Source of the DNA: Botryllus schlosseri
Lineage: Eukaryota
Length of the DNA: 64,000 nucleotides
NCBI GenBank assembly: GCA_051294905.1
Contig: CM119384.1
Location: 15,190,001 to 15,254,000, forward strand
Direction: 5' to 3'
The notes under the pieces were generated by a model. The model was not told the DNA's origin and did no database searches. It was given only the letters and a program-made list of their open reading frames with translations. How positions within the stretch are numbered: the stretch's first letter is position 1; each line of letters starts with the position of its first letter. Shown here in pieces: positions 40,287-55,000 of the stretch. A program made the position numbers and the translations under genes.

Positions 40287-43200
40287 ACGTACACGTACAT
40301 CCTTATTTCGGAGCTACATAATATATCTGAGATTGGCATAGTAAGGTCTGATTAAAACGAGCTGCCAACAAAGGAATCAAAATTCCATAGTTGGAGACAA
40401 CGGAACTGTCCGGGTTAGACAAATCAAAATCACAAAACACGCGTTCTTATTTCGTACAAGTAGGTCATCGGATTATCGCATATTGTCTCGAGCCCGGTAA
40501 ATAAGGTAAGCTCTAACCTTCCGACAGCGGCAATCTTGTACGTAAACAAACGAGACTAAACAAAGAATTAGCGCAGCAGGTAATAGAACAACATCTCGGT
40601 CATTTGACAGGCAAATGACCAATACTTTAATCGCTGAGATCGTGAATACAAGACCTTATTGCAGCGGTGTTTGATGGGAAATCATGCGGCAGTTTCATTA
40701 CCGCCGGACACCTTCGATGTCAATGACGGAATGAAATTCGTGCCCTATTACGATGATTGTCACCTTCCTGTAAATTAATTAGGTGCAGGCGTGATACGAA
40801 ATTCATAATGAATGCAATTTGTTTTCACCGCCAACGAATAAAACGGGATATCAGGCTGGCTAGTCTAGTTTCGAGAAGTCCCCGTTTACAGGCTTTCATC
40901 CTCCGACATACTTCTCAATTTTATCAACAATGCGTGAGTGAGAACAGTCGGGGAAGACGTTCGGTAATTTAAAGTGGTGACATCCCAATAAGTTCATTTC
41001 AGTTATTGTGATCTAAAATACAGTGTTGTTTGTTTATGACGCAAACAAACGAATTACCACAATCGGCTTCGAACGCGAAGCTTCATTTTTACACATACAC
41101 CAACGCAGTGGCGTAACTTATATCTGCCGCATAATGATCAAAGTTATTTGGAAAATGCACGAAAGCCGTAAACCTAGCTTATGAGGATGGAAGCTGATAA
41201 AAATCTCAGTAGGCAAGATGCGACCGTGCCATTTCAAGCTATGCAATATGGAGCAGGTCTCAAATTGGAAACATACTAATTATGACTACGTGACCCCGTC
41301 GTGGTATTGATGTGTGATGACATCACTATAGAACATCATTTAATAACCAATCGGTTACGTATGCACTAACACTAGTAATATACTATCGTATGGAATACGT
41401 TTGCAGATCACTTCTTTCCAAAGTCGAGATGACCATTACCTCACACGAATTACATTACGTCAGGTACAAATTCCAGGCACCCAATCCCAAACAAACCGCT
41501 TTCTCAAAGTCGGCGTTTCGACGTTTATAAACAATTCACAGCGTGCGATGTCAATTCGAGGTCGCCGAGGCAGCACCTTGAAATGTGGATCAAATATTTT
41601 CAACCCGCCCTATTTTTGAACAGAAGTTCAAAGTCGCAGCAGATATAATTCCACCGATTTCAAAGATGAAACATCGTCGAAACTAGCAATTTCTTTTTTA
41701 CTGACTCACAATACTGCAGTTTCATTGACAAAATCAAATTCAAACAATGAGATTACTCTCAAATTTAAACGATCCCCTTCGGTACTATCTAATACTATGG
41801 AATTTTAGGTCGTTGGCGATATTACTGGGGTTCTAGGAGGATTTCTAACCGTCACTTTGCATCGCCAATAAAACTGGATTTCTTTGCCAGATACATGATA
41901 AGTCCGTACGAATATAGTTTCGTTTGTAAAATTACATAAAAGAGGATAGAACTACCGATACAGTACCGGTATACCATTTTCAAATTCACGTGGCGACCTA
42001 ACTTCGACTTGACGCGTCGCCAATTGGCAAGGTATTACCCACTTGGCGTATCGGTATGAAACGGCGCATGGGACAAAATTTAACGTCAAAATAGGGAATA
42101 TCACATGCGCAAAAGCGGCATCGTATACCGGCGTCGAGGAGTGTGCAAACCAAATTTTTCTCCGCCGAAAGATCAAATATTGAATATGCATCGCATCACG
42201 CATGCGGACAGAGTGGTGCCACATGCCACCTATTTACATTACGAATGCCGCTCTAGGTTGAGCCGAGACAAAGGTATGACAAGACGAGGGCGGCTTACAT
42301 GAAACTATATTTGCTCGGGTGAAATAATAATAATGGATTTCAGAGACGGCGTAAACATAAACGAGATGGCGTATGCAAAACGCTCGTATCAGACAGATGT
42401 ATAGTGTATACCGCGGCGTTTTCAGACGAGACGATGTTTAGAGACCAATCGGATAACGACTTGTATCGAAACTACGATAAACCCTATATCCTCGTACTAC
42501 ATCATCATACCGTAGCTCGTAAAGTGCTCGTAATATGAAGGACGACTCGCATCTTAGGGTTTCCATATATTGGCCACCGACTGTATGGCCACGTGTACTG
42601 CACAGGTATATCAGCAGACAGCAGCGGTTTCCTTCCCTATCCTGATTCCTGGTATACTTAACACTGCTCGAAAACCGTACTAGGTGCTAGCAGTCCTCCT
42701 ATATTCGAGGTTGTCATCGACATGGATCAAAACTTAACTCATTTTAAGCATAACTACTGATACCTTTGATGAGCACTAAAATATGACATACTAATGGCAC
42801 GAGTCAGAAGTAAGGACCAATCTTGTAAACTATGACAATGTACTTCGCCCTTTAAAATTAGGACAAATCTTAAAATTAATGACCCTGTATATAGTAGTGG
42901 TGCTATCATGTATTCACCATGACAACCATTGGACAGTACAGGTTCAAGCTGGTAATAATGATGGGCGCGGTATTTATCGCCTTCCTAGATAGATCCCAAT
43001 TCTGTTATTACACGCTACCACTCAGCTACAAAACAGTATTGCATTTTCCAAGGTTAGAGTCAGTAACTCTATCCTATGTTAACAACTCCGCATGTTCGGC
43101 ACTGCTCCGTTCAAATTGGTCAACTATGTTGACATCTCGTCTTTATCTCATTAGCAGCAACCCAAATAATTTACGCAAACGCATTACGTTATCTAAACAG

Positions 43201-44338
43201 CAGCGCTAATGCGACCGAGCGAACTAAAAACGCGGGCCTCTCGCGATGGGATGATAGATAACAGCCTTGCTAGAGTATTACAAAGTTGCTCAATAATAGC
43301 AATAATCTCTTCGGTAGCCAACTCAGCGAAACAAGACCTCCGTGGTTGACACGGAGTCGTAAAACCACGAATTTCAACAAAATTCGAGTCGCCGCCGCAA
43401 AATCTCCATTTATGCCTTCAGACATGTACTTTGCCCAATCGAGATTACCTCTAAAAGCAATTGAAAGCGAACCATAACAACAGGTATGGTATGTAACGAC
43501 CATTGCCAAACAGCGCGCTTAATCGTACTCCAGAAGTTAGCGCGCTATTTCCTAGACCGCAGTACGCGATTGCTCCAGTCCATTTTCAACTTGTCAATTG
43601 TATCTGACGTAGTCCTGCTTCCTCGTCAAACAATGTCAGCGCCTCGCGAAAGTGACAAGTTACGACAAGTTACGATCGCCCCGGAGTGATCAGTGCCAAG
43701 AAAACGTAGCGGTCGAAATCCGCGAACTACCGCGATGCTATCTTATCAATTTGATCGGTATTGTTGCCATATTGCGTCGAATGACGCCGTATACACAAAT
43801 GCGTTCTAATCCGATAATTACGTAGCGCGAATAGAGACACTAAGTCTACATTAATTAAGGAGTCGTGGTAGATGTTTGATCAACTCCACGGATTTGATTT
43901 TAAAATTGACCTGCTTATATTCAGCGACGCAACACAATCCTCAAAATTGACAAGCATTCTACGCCATTACCGCGATTTTGAAATTTCAGAAATCCCTGTT
44001 AAGCCAGTAAAGAGATACAACCAAAGACGACACCCAACATCTAAACGCAGTGGGAAATGCACGGAACAGATAGCGGGTTTTCTCGGGAATTGAACGCTTG
44101 GGTGCGATTCGGGTAGAAATTGATACCGACCTATTCAATTCATCCGGCGCGTTACACAGAAAGAAGTAAGAGTCGCGTCTAATGTGATTTTTCCTTGTTC
44201 CTATCACGTTTCGCACCGAACAGAATGCAATAGTATTTACATCAAACAAACAATCTGTCTTCGAGATTTGAGAACGCTCACTAGCGACCACGTCCGGTTG
44301 GAATGTCTAAGTTGGTGTGCGCAATACAGTACTACCAG

Positions 44339-44780
44339 CAGGGTTGCATTTAAAAAAAAAAATCAATTTAAAACAAACATGTTTAAAACAAGGCCTTTGT
44401 TTAAAACATGATTTTAATTTTTTTTAAGGCATGACGTCACGAATATTCAAGTGTGTCGTCAGAGTGGATTGACATTGACACTTGGAAATGTAGGGTAAAT
44501 AGTATACAGCTCTCTCCTTTGACGAAATATCTACGTACTATAGCTGTCGAACCGACTATTTTGAGGGCTCCAACCATCCCGTGTCGACTACGTCGGCTAT
44601 ATCGAGTGGTATTGTCCGTACGCTCATATATGTTTTTTGGAAAGTATTGACACAATTATGGCATAATTACACAACTTGAAAAATACATAATTTTTGTTAA
44701 AAGGCCCTTGTTTAAAACACTGTTTAAAACATATTTAAACAAAGTGTTTTAAACAACCATTTGTTTTAAATGTAACCCTA
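44339..44780. mobile_element. hAT-type MITE
   Basis: CAGGGTTGCATTTAAAA...TTTTAAATGTAACCCTA termini; 8-bp TSD ACTACCAG. Confidence 0.88.
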
Positions 44781-45327
44781 ACTACCAGACTTGGACAACC
44801 AGAAAATTTTCGTTTCTACAAATTAGATTAGAATTGGAATTATAGCTACTCAATTTTCTCTAAATTAGATTGGAATTACAGTCGCAAAATGTTGGAAATT
44901 GTGTTAATTCCGAATGAGAAAAAAACAAGTTCAGTTCATGTCATGTTAAATCAGAGGTTATTCTCGTAAACAAGAGAAAGTAAATGTCTGTACAGTACAC
45001 CAAGCTTGGCGCGTATCGCATTATATATTTCCCCTGCAGTATTTTCGGGAAATCAGAAATTACATTACAATTAAAATTAGGCAGAAACATTTCCCAAATT
45101 AGATTACCAGCATTTTCGCCTAGAACCGTCTATTGTCCAAGTCCACTCCTGCGTGGCCTTCCTGTTGTTGATTAATACACTAACAGCCATTCAACTTCAC
45201 TACTACCGCGTTGCGATACGCCGACAGGTAAACATCCCTGCTATTCTTCCAAAATTCACACGTTGTCAAATTTAAATCGACCAGCGGCACCAAACCAGCA
45301 ATGCATTCAGGACAAGATCTCACTTAC

Positions 45328-45435
45328 TTTTTGCATTTGAAGCACTCCCTGTGGTAGTGGGATCCCTTGAAAGATACGTGTTCGCCTCCCATGTTAACGG
45401 GGAATCCACAGCCGTCGCAGTTTCTTCGTGAATCC
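45328..45435 (-). CDS. LIM domain exon 1 (finger 1 C-x2-C-x18-H-x2-C plus first Cys of finger 2)
   Basis: Acceptor ttctttgcgtttcag|, donor AA|GTAAGT, 108 bp, phase 2-2; encodes DSRRNCDGCGFPVNMGGEHVSFKGSHYHRECFKCK. Confidence 0.92.
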
Positions 45436-48400
45436 CTGAAACGCAAAGAACAACAGTCATCGTCCGGAATCGAAATTATTGCAAGACGTTCCGGACTTTG
45501 AAGACATAGGGCGATACCAGGGCAGCCGGCTGTTATCGCATTGTCAACCACTGGTTTGAGAAACGGATTTGGAAATTCAAACAAAATTTCGATATTGTGG
45601 CCGGATATGAATCGGGTTCGGATTTAAGAGTTTCCTCAAAACCGGATTTGAAGTTAAAATCCGAAAAATACGACTGGAAACGGCAGGTGGTACGATTATT
45701 CTGTCATCGTCATCATTAATCATCACGACGCAACAGCACTGGTCTGCCTGTTGACGAATACCTCATCAACGCTGTCCGGCTATTGACCGATATTTCCGGT
45801 ACGCAATAATGACCGCACAATCACGTTGAGTCACAATCACGTTGAGTCACGTCGTCAGCATGATAGGTCGTAGACTCGGTTCTACTTTTTCGGAGTGCTC
45901 GTGTGTTTATGATCTTCAGACTACTTCTACTTGACAGATATTCCAGCATTAATTCGCTCTAAGAATGGTGCATTGGGTTGTGTACTGCGTACGGGTATGT
46001 TCCTGCCCATTTACGAAAACTATAGGTTGTTAAAGGTTTGGTTTGCGACAAGATTAAGGTTAGATAGCGTATAATATTGTAGGTGATAACCCTAAAGCGG
46101 CATCATCAATGATCACTGATAGGAAACGAAATGACACATTACCCATTGACCACTTACAATTTACTAGAGTAGAGTTTGTAAAACGATATTTTCCGCGTCG
46201 GCCATGAAGGTCGTCTACTGCGCGGCAGTAAATCCGTTTCCGTGTTATTTCGTCGAAACTTCCTTTGCCCTAGCATGTTCGTACCGACAATCGCTTCACG
46301 CTATCTCTAGGTAAATATCTAGCTGTATATCAACAACATGCAGGTGAAAGGCCAAGATAGAGAGACAGCTACGTGGTCAAACTTTAGTAGAGCATCGGTG
46401 AAATTCAACTATACAAGTATATATCACTGTCCAACACTATGCTGCTATATACAAAACGCAAAAATGAGTCTAATCATGTCCAACGGACCCCGTACTTCCC
46501 TAAAACACTCAACGGACACTGAACAAAGTGCTACCATCCGCTCGCCCAGGACCATTGTGACACCATCAATGCCTGCATATTAGCAATACATGAGTAACGA
46601 GGCGGTAGAATTGATTCGCCATCTCATCAATTTGTACATAACTATAATTAGAACAGATCATTTTCGGAATAGCAATTGCAAATATGACTAACCCGGGAAG
46701 TGGGGAAAAAGCACTTCAACTCGCAAGGTATGCATATTGCATATATTACCTAGTACATGTTGAACTGTCTTGACAGTGTCTTCAGATACGCTGAGCATAC
46801 CAGTTTAAAGCCAGATATAGAGATAGTTTTATGACAGGCGAAATCCCTTGCGTGACCCAGGAAACTGGCAAGAAATGTCAATCGAAAGGCGTGCTACCGC
46901 TCCACGGCTATGGCATGACCCAAGGCATCGGTCAGCGATTACTAACTAACGGCATTCGGAACCAGCGTCGGCTCAGCGCATGTCTTCAATCTTCCTGTGT
47001 AGCCACCGTTTTGGCAACATTATTTAATCACACAAGTTTTGTCTTGTAACACACGCGATACTGTAATGAATTCGAAACTTGATTTTGTAAATGACCCGTA
47101 CGCTCGCAATCAACACGCAATCAATCAACTTTTACCGCGCCATCTTACTAAGTGACCAATAGCCAGCCTAATCGTGCTTGTCGAATGAAGACTAGCGCAA
47201 ATTGCAATTACAAGGTCATAATTATCAAACTCTGCCGGCTTAATATCCCCACACAGTGCACAGTACCACCCGCACTAGGCCACCCAACTTATAAAAGTAA
47301 CAACAGTTTCCCAAAGCTCCCACCCTAACCGCCAAGGCAGAACTCATTGAACAAGAAGCGCGTAAACTTTGTTTGGAAAATAACATACATTGGCAAAGGA
47401 AAACTGTCGCTCCTTCTGTGGCAAGCGTAGTCTGTGACGTCACAATGTCAAATTTTCGAACAATGGGTCGGTGCTTAACAGAAGTTGGACTTGTTAAGAC
47501 ATGCCGCAGTGGTGTTTCGTAAACAAGACACTGGGTATGTAAATGACACAACGCCTGATCGGACATAGGTATTTTACGGGCTGTACTGCACGGTTTGTCG
47601 AAATATGCATTTTCAAAGTATTATGGTATCGAATTACATATCCTCCACATCGATTACGCGATGACATATACATTACATAATAGTAATGCTATCGAATATC
47701 AAGCAGGGCGATACCACAATTCAGGCGGTCGGCCAAAATTAAGCGCGGTACGGTGTACTACTGTACAACATTACAGAAGCGCTCTTCCTTCATTATATAT
47801 ACTTCGACTGAGTGTATATTGCACATCTACGTACGTACAATATTATGCACTTGTGTTCCAAACACGTTCGAGTCGTTGAAAATGGTCACAGGCTTGTACT
47901 GCATGATTCGCGCTTCAGGGTTTTGACTATCAACATCAAAATCGCACTGTGCAAGTGTGCAAGTAGCTTTTTGTCCTAGTGCAAGTTATCAACGAATGGT
48001 GCGCCTTAAGAATCAAATCAAATCCATGTAATGGCAATTTCCAATACAATACAATCGATATGATGGCTTTGTGATTTCGTTATCAGGAAGGCATCAAGGC
48101 CTTGTGGGGCTAGATGAAACAATCGTTATGCGACTAAGCGTTTTCGCATAACATTGTAAAAACCGAGTGTAAGATATCATGCCACAAACATATATGTAAG
48201 TTGTGCAGAACGAAACATCTCGAAGTGCGTATATGTGGGCACTTATTAACCAATAACCAGCTACGTTGTTGTTGTTTGTGGTGTTTGTCGACCGCTGTGG
48301 TCATTGGTCATTTACACCAGGCCAATTTTCTTATTCATTCCGTAGCTGCCGACATGTAGCACGGCCCACTTCATAGGCTTTTACAGGACACCGCTTACAC

Positions 48401-51400
48401 GGATGAGATGGCGAGGTGGAGCATAGATAAACCTCCAACACTTAGGCACCGATTCTGAACAACCAACTATGCCATATTTATCACAGGCTAATATCAGACA
48501 GCAGCGGTTGTTTCAGCATTCGCGATGCTTGGCAATGGATCGCCCGGCTGTAAACCTATTCCGGGACGTTAGTATCTCAGCAACAACGTGTTGGATGAAA
48601 CGTACCCGGGAACCCCGACATTGTCGACATTCACATATATTTCCTTCCTATCTTCTTTAGAGACACGCTCGCATACCGACATCGACATTAGATAATGTTT
48701 GTAAGCCAACACGAAACATTCATCTGCCTAATCTTCTATATTTCATCTGTTCTTATAATTACGCTGGTAACGCTGTCCAAATCCTTTCCACATATCCCTG
48801 ATGAACATATTTGACCTTCTCATATCAGAATTCAGTATAAATGATGAATCCAACCGAGTCCACGTCGAACATTGAAATGCGTGGCCAGGACAGTGAGCTT
48901 AATTCCTGACGCAATCGCCACACTAATCAAGCGTGACACTGACAATGGGCCCTGGCCGCTGAACTTCAACATCGGCGGATCATAGAATGCCTTGTATTGT
49001 ATTGAACAGTCTTGCAGACTAATCAATGCCAATCAATCGATGATAATGACTGCATAGTAAATCAACAAAACCTGCTAGTGATGCCCAAATTTTCCGCACA
49101 ACGCCCCTGTCTGGGTAATGAGCCAGGTACCAGACGCCTCTGCCTCCGACAAGAGTCGTTTTGTTTTTTGTGCATATATACAACGTTGGCGATTATGGCC
49201 GCTTTAGGTTCATCCAATTCGAGCCCGGAAACGTCCTGTCAGTCACATGTCAGACAGACATAATCAAGGAATAAAATCATGTAAAAAGCAATTTCCCTAT
49301 CGAAGCAATCACACTTTTCGTTGTGGGGCATTAAGCGTTGAAAACTTAATCTCCGTTATACTGGAGTTCAGAAACTACATTCAAGGGAACTTGGTGGCTG
49401 ATAATTTTGATTGATTGGTTTGTTAGAATACGCATTGTTGAACAACAATTAACATCTTAGGAGGACGTTGGTAATGATTTCGGATTGAACGCGCCTTTTA
49501 CACCGCGAATAGCGTGACAGCGGATCATATATCTGTTCTTAGTCCACAAATACAGCATTCATATTCATTGACGGATTTTCCGAAGGTATTTCTATAGCGC
49601 ATAACACCCCCTTTTACTCTTCACGCACCCCGATCGCCCAGTTTGTAGCTGGAGTCCCGTTTGGCAACCACTGGATTACAATATTAATATCAGTTTGGCG
49701 ATACGTTGATAAACATATTTAACTATTACAGAGAATTAGCGTATTATACACACCATGTGCTGAATATGTATGTTTGCTGTTTCAGTAGCCTACCGATTTC
49801 ATCCATCTCACAATTTTACAAATGTGGGATGTAGATTTTATTGAGCCTCATTACCACTGTAAATCGTCAGGTAAAAGACGATTCTATGAACATAATATTC
49901 AAATTCAATATTATAGTCCAATAGTATATTGTTAGGAGAATATTAAGAACTGACGTGAAGTCGGAGTCGCTGGTAAAAATATGTCCCCCCAAAATGCCAG
50001 CAATCGAAATGCGGCGAACTTTTCAGTCCGATAGCCTCGATGGTAATACGAGTATGAGTAAAATTATTATCGTAATATTTATACTCAAGTACAAGAAGAG
50101 GCAGAGAAGTCAAACTATGTTTTCTAAACCTAGTTTTGATAACAAAACGAAAAGAAGAAGAGGGAGTAGTCTGAGAGTATGGCCACATTGGCCACTTGAG
50201 CAGGTAGTTCAAGTACTCAAAAAAGACTTGATCACTCTAAGAAGTACCGCGTTATTGACCAACCCAAGTAAAACATAATACTCAATCGACCAGGCTACTT
50301 AAAGAATACAACTAACCTGTGGAAACACGGGAATACTATGTATCTTCAAGAAAAGCAAATCGATAAATTCATCGATAGGGGTGATTTTTAAGGGCTACAT
50401 TGTTAGCGGTCTGATTACAACTTGACAAAAAAGATATTAGATGGCATATTGTATTTACGATCGAGTTTCGCAGATCGAAAAATCACTTGTCATCGGCACA
50501 CACACCGTTTCCGTATAACCCGATAATCGTAATTAATATATTTATAATCCTGATGGCTCGCTGGCACCACAAATCAAAAAATCAATCATGTTCGATCGCC
50601 ACAATTTAAACACGCCTCACCACACCGAGTCCGCCGCGCATACCTTGCAAATCGCTATGCTTTTCACCAATCTGCACAATATATCGGGTCGTCCGCTATT
50701 GAACCGCACCGCGAAACTAAAGTCTCCATGTGCACGACTAATGAAACAATCGCTAAACCCACTTTCCGTCCAAGTAGAATTAGCAGCGCGTGTTCAAAGC
50801 GGAAAGTGACAATCACAACATCCTATTCCTGTAGTGAAGGAGAACCCACACTTGGAATACCCGTTCAAAGGACGGATATTATTGCGGACCGCAACACCGC
50901 CAAAACAACATTTTGTGTCCGCTTACGACGCTTCACCACAGTACCTACAATAAGTCGCTCCATTAGGATTGATAAAATGCATATAAGTTGCGTTAGAATC
51001 CACAACTTTTCGAGTTACGTGTGCCGCGTATACCGGAACTACAACGAAAGTTCGCCGTGAAAGGCGCGCAGGAAATATGGCTATTTAAAGACATTCTACT
51101 ATGCAGGCAGTTCGAAACTTCATTCCGACGAACATGTGAATGGTGTTACTCTGTCAGACTATCGCGTATCATTATTGCAGAAAAATGCTACCAGTCGTAT
51201 GTAGACCTAAATTTCAGTCAATCAGTTGGGTTGCTGTCACAAGTTATATATTTGCAGATATTCCGTGTTTACATGTTCTCATCACGTATCTTCCGGAAAA
51301 CCGAAGTGGCTACGTCAGTGCGAATCAATTCATTGTGACATTGCGAATGGTACGGAAATGGGGGCAATAATCCTTGGGTTATATTTTTCATCTGAACAAG

Positions 51401-54400
51401 TCACACACAATATGTACAATGCGATAAGACACAATACGATGTGATGAACATATAGGAGGATATCGAACGACACGCAGTTGCGATAAGGGCAAGGAATTCG
51501 TTCTGAAATTAAACCATTAAAGAATCTGTTTTCGTATGCTGCACTAGTTGTATTCCCACGAGGGGGCTTGATTAAGATTGCTGAAATCAGCTGGGAAATA
51601 TCAAACATGTACTACGATATACAGTACACTGAATCAACTATGCCAGTCACAGAACGGCAAGCACAGTAAATCAGCCGACGGTTTTCAGAGGAGATATCGA
51701 GATATACCGGTTCTCTGCTACAATCCACACCATACGCATGGATTTACCTTTCTACTTGCCTGCTTGAGCTACCTGATTGCTGCGGGTACGATCAAATTCG
51801 AAAAACAACCCAATTCCATGGAACAGTAGCTAGCGAACTATACCGTACTGCGGCGGCTACTGCGAGACCGGATGATGATTTTAGGAAACATGCTGGTAGT
51901 AAGATATCCGGAGAAACCAAATCATACATCTTTTCATTAACGCATCAGTTGATCTGACCCTTCCATAAAGTCTCAAAACCCTTGCATTAAACGAAGACAA
52001 CAACGCGATGAGCTTCATACCACGGCGCTACGTGCCAAGCGAATGCACCGAACATCGGGCTAAGCAGGATGCAGGTGTCTGATAAACTACACCAACACAC
52101 CGCGTCCAGATTGTATAGTCCTATGAATATGAGGTTATGCGTTCTCATATTTGACTGTACAGCTGCACGGTGTAGAATGGCAGTCACGATTCGGTGCGTA
52201 ATCCTCGAAAATCTGACAACTAAAGTGGTAATAAATAACGGTCACCATGGAAACGTGTGAATGGTGAATTGCGTTACGGCGGCCCATCAATCAAATTTGG
52301 TATCTATATCACCAATACGGTAATAAAGGAAAACCATATTTTTCATATTCAATGCACAATTAATCTAATATCTATCTTCAGTTTTGTCAGTGAATATTAA
52401 CGTCGTGAATATATTTCCAATCACGTTTACAATTGATGCAAAGAATATACATTCCAGACACCAGTCCCCATGCTTTCAAGTCTCGACTTCCCTCATTTTA
52501 GAGCTCATCGTGATGAAACCTCAGGTAATGGATGTTAATTTCGACTAGCAACTACTTCACCCAGCGCTGTGTAACACCGAAAAAAGCCACCTGACAGCAT
52601 TTCATGAGAAGGTGTCACATAAACGAGATATGGGTCCATGTTTCGTTAGACAAACCATAATTTCTATACGTAATCCGCCAATTTTATGCCGTAAATTAAC
52701 ACTCCGCCGGTATATAATTTGCAACCAACTGACTTCAGATCCCTGATCGTAAGATGAGCAACTGAAAACTGAACAGTGAACACGAACAGGAACGTCTTGA
52801 CTAATGGAATACATTTTACAGCCGGCTGAACTAGCTTCCACGTCCGCCAGACCTGACCGCAATTACAAGCATCTCTACCCTCGACACCAGACCCGCGACA
52901 CATTTCTGCTGACTCGTTGCGATAACATACGATGACGTAATTCTAAAGACCAGAAAGAGCCAATAAACGAACGACTGGGTTCTCGGCAAAAAGACACTGC
53001 AGCTGCCAAAGGCCACATGCTGATTTCGCACGGATCTAACGAGCGAGTGGGGACACATGCCACGATAGCGAATGCATTCTGATGTCACATAGACTGTTTG
53101 GCGTCCCTGCCGATAAGGCGTATCGCAAACAGAAATCTATTCTACATTAAGAAACGGTAGCTTGATCTAAATTCGTTACTTTTGGCAGTTTAAGAGTACA
53201 GGCCCATAACCGGTGTTTCTTGTGATACCGCCGAGTCACACATTCATTTTCGCGCTACTAAATCTGCTTACACTAACTGCTGGCGTGATGACGTATTGTA
53301 GCATAATTTAGCATCATTAATACAACCCACCCTTAATAACAGTTTGGAATTATTAATTGAATAGCACATATACTTGATAACAATCGATAACAATCAGACT
53401 TGGTCAATGGTCAGTAACGTAGCACCTTTACTTTCTCGGAGCACTCAAGTAAGCTTGTCATTGTTGCACTAGGTACGAGAATGGTGATGTTTTGAGAGCT
53501 CATCTAGCTCTGCTTGAACATGATTTAACGCAAACAAGTAGTTTTATCTTTTTACACCTGGGAATTTTCAAAGTAAAAGTAGAAAGCAATTTTGTCACAA
53601 GTTTGCAGACTTTTACGAGTGAAATTATTGTCATGAAAACCGCGTGAAATAGCCCATGCATCACGTTCACGATAGCTGATACATCTACTTGAGCACTCTG
53701 ACCAAATCTGCTAACAATACATATATTCTCACATCTAAGCACTCCTCGTAGTAAAATTTTACCGCGGAGCCAAGCTAACTGTTGAACCTTACACGCGAAC
53801 GGCACCCGTTATTTTCTACCGGTAAAAGTAATAGTATTAGGTCTTGTGAGTTGACTCAATATTCCTCAGCATCATGAGGTGAAATCAACTTCGATGCAAA
53901 GCATTGCGACATGAGACACGTTGATGACAAAACGCCACTAACGAGGACCCGCTTGACATGGTACGCGACGCAAAATTACTACGGTTTATTGGCCTGCGAC
54001 TTGACGGTTTTTCTGTGTCATAGCATCGTTCGGAATTACGAGCATTTGACAGTGTCAATGATTTGACTTCAGCAGACCCCGTTCATTTGACTAGCTTGTG
54101 GTTTTTTTAACATTCATTGCGCAGTACACCCGATCGGTTAGCTGAAAATTATCATCCACCACAATTTAAAGTTTCTCCAAATCGGCAGACCCAAAGATCA
54201 TGCGACAATAGCTGTGTTGAAACATATATTTTGAACGCATTTGCTCTCAGATAGTCGACATGCAGTACTCACTTAGCGGTTGAATTACGGTACCATAACT
54301 TTCTCAAGCTTATTAAGTAACAAGACTACTGCTAATGCCGTTTTAGCAGCTTCTTACGTAACAGGACATTGTTATTGATACTGTGTTGCAGTATAATTCT

Positions 54401-55000
54401 GTTTAGGCGCTTGTAAAGTAGGAATAATGAATTACGATTTCTGACAATGACAATTTCTTTTCTAAGCTTGTTAAACCATTTGTACTGCAAAAGGCGTGTG
54501 ATTGTCTTGTTCCGGTGCTGGCATTTAAATTTTGAGTAACGAAGCACGATTGCTGGGAATGGCATCGTTGCGGCAGCTTGTTACATAACAGGGCATTATA
54601 ATTGTTGCAATATTCGCGGCATAGTCAAATTCCGGCTTTGGCATTGTGGTGCTTACGCCGGATTCCCTTTGCATCACGGTCGCGATACCGGGAAGTCGTT
54701 AGCCACCAGTCACCAATTATGCAAAGAGAATTAGCTTATGTCTGGCATCAGCTTTTAAAGAGAGTCAAGTGCAAACAATTGTCAATGTCGGATATTGTGA
54801 CCAGGTTTGCCTAATTGGCGAGGTTGATCTTGGACATCGGTTATCTGGTCAGGACGAAATGAAGGATATCAGTAACGAAGTGGAGTCATGGACACACTGC
54901 ATAACTAGTTCACTGCTATAACCGAGTCGCATTATAATACCTCGCAATTCCGAATTTGGGACACATGATGGTTGGGGCTACACAGTACACAGGTGATCAC

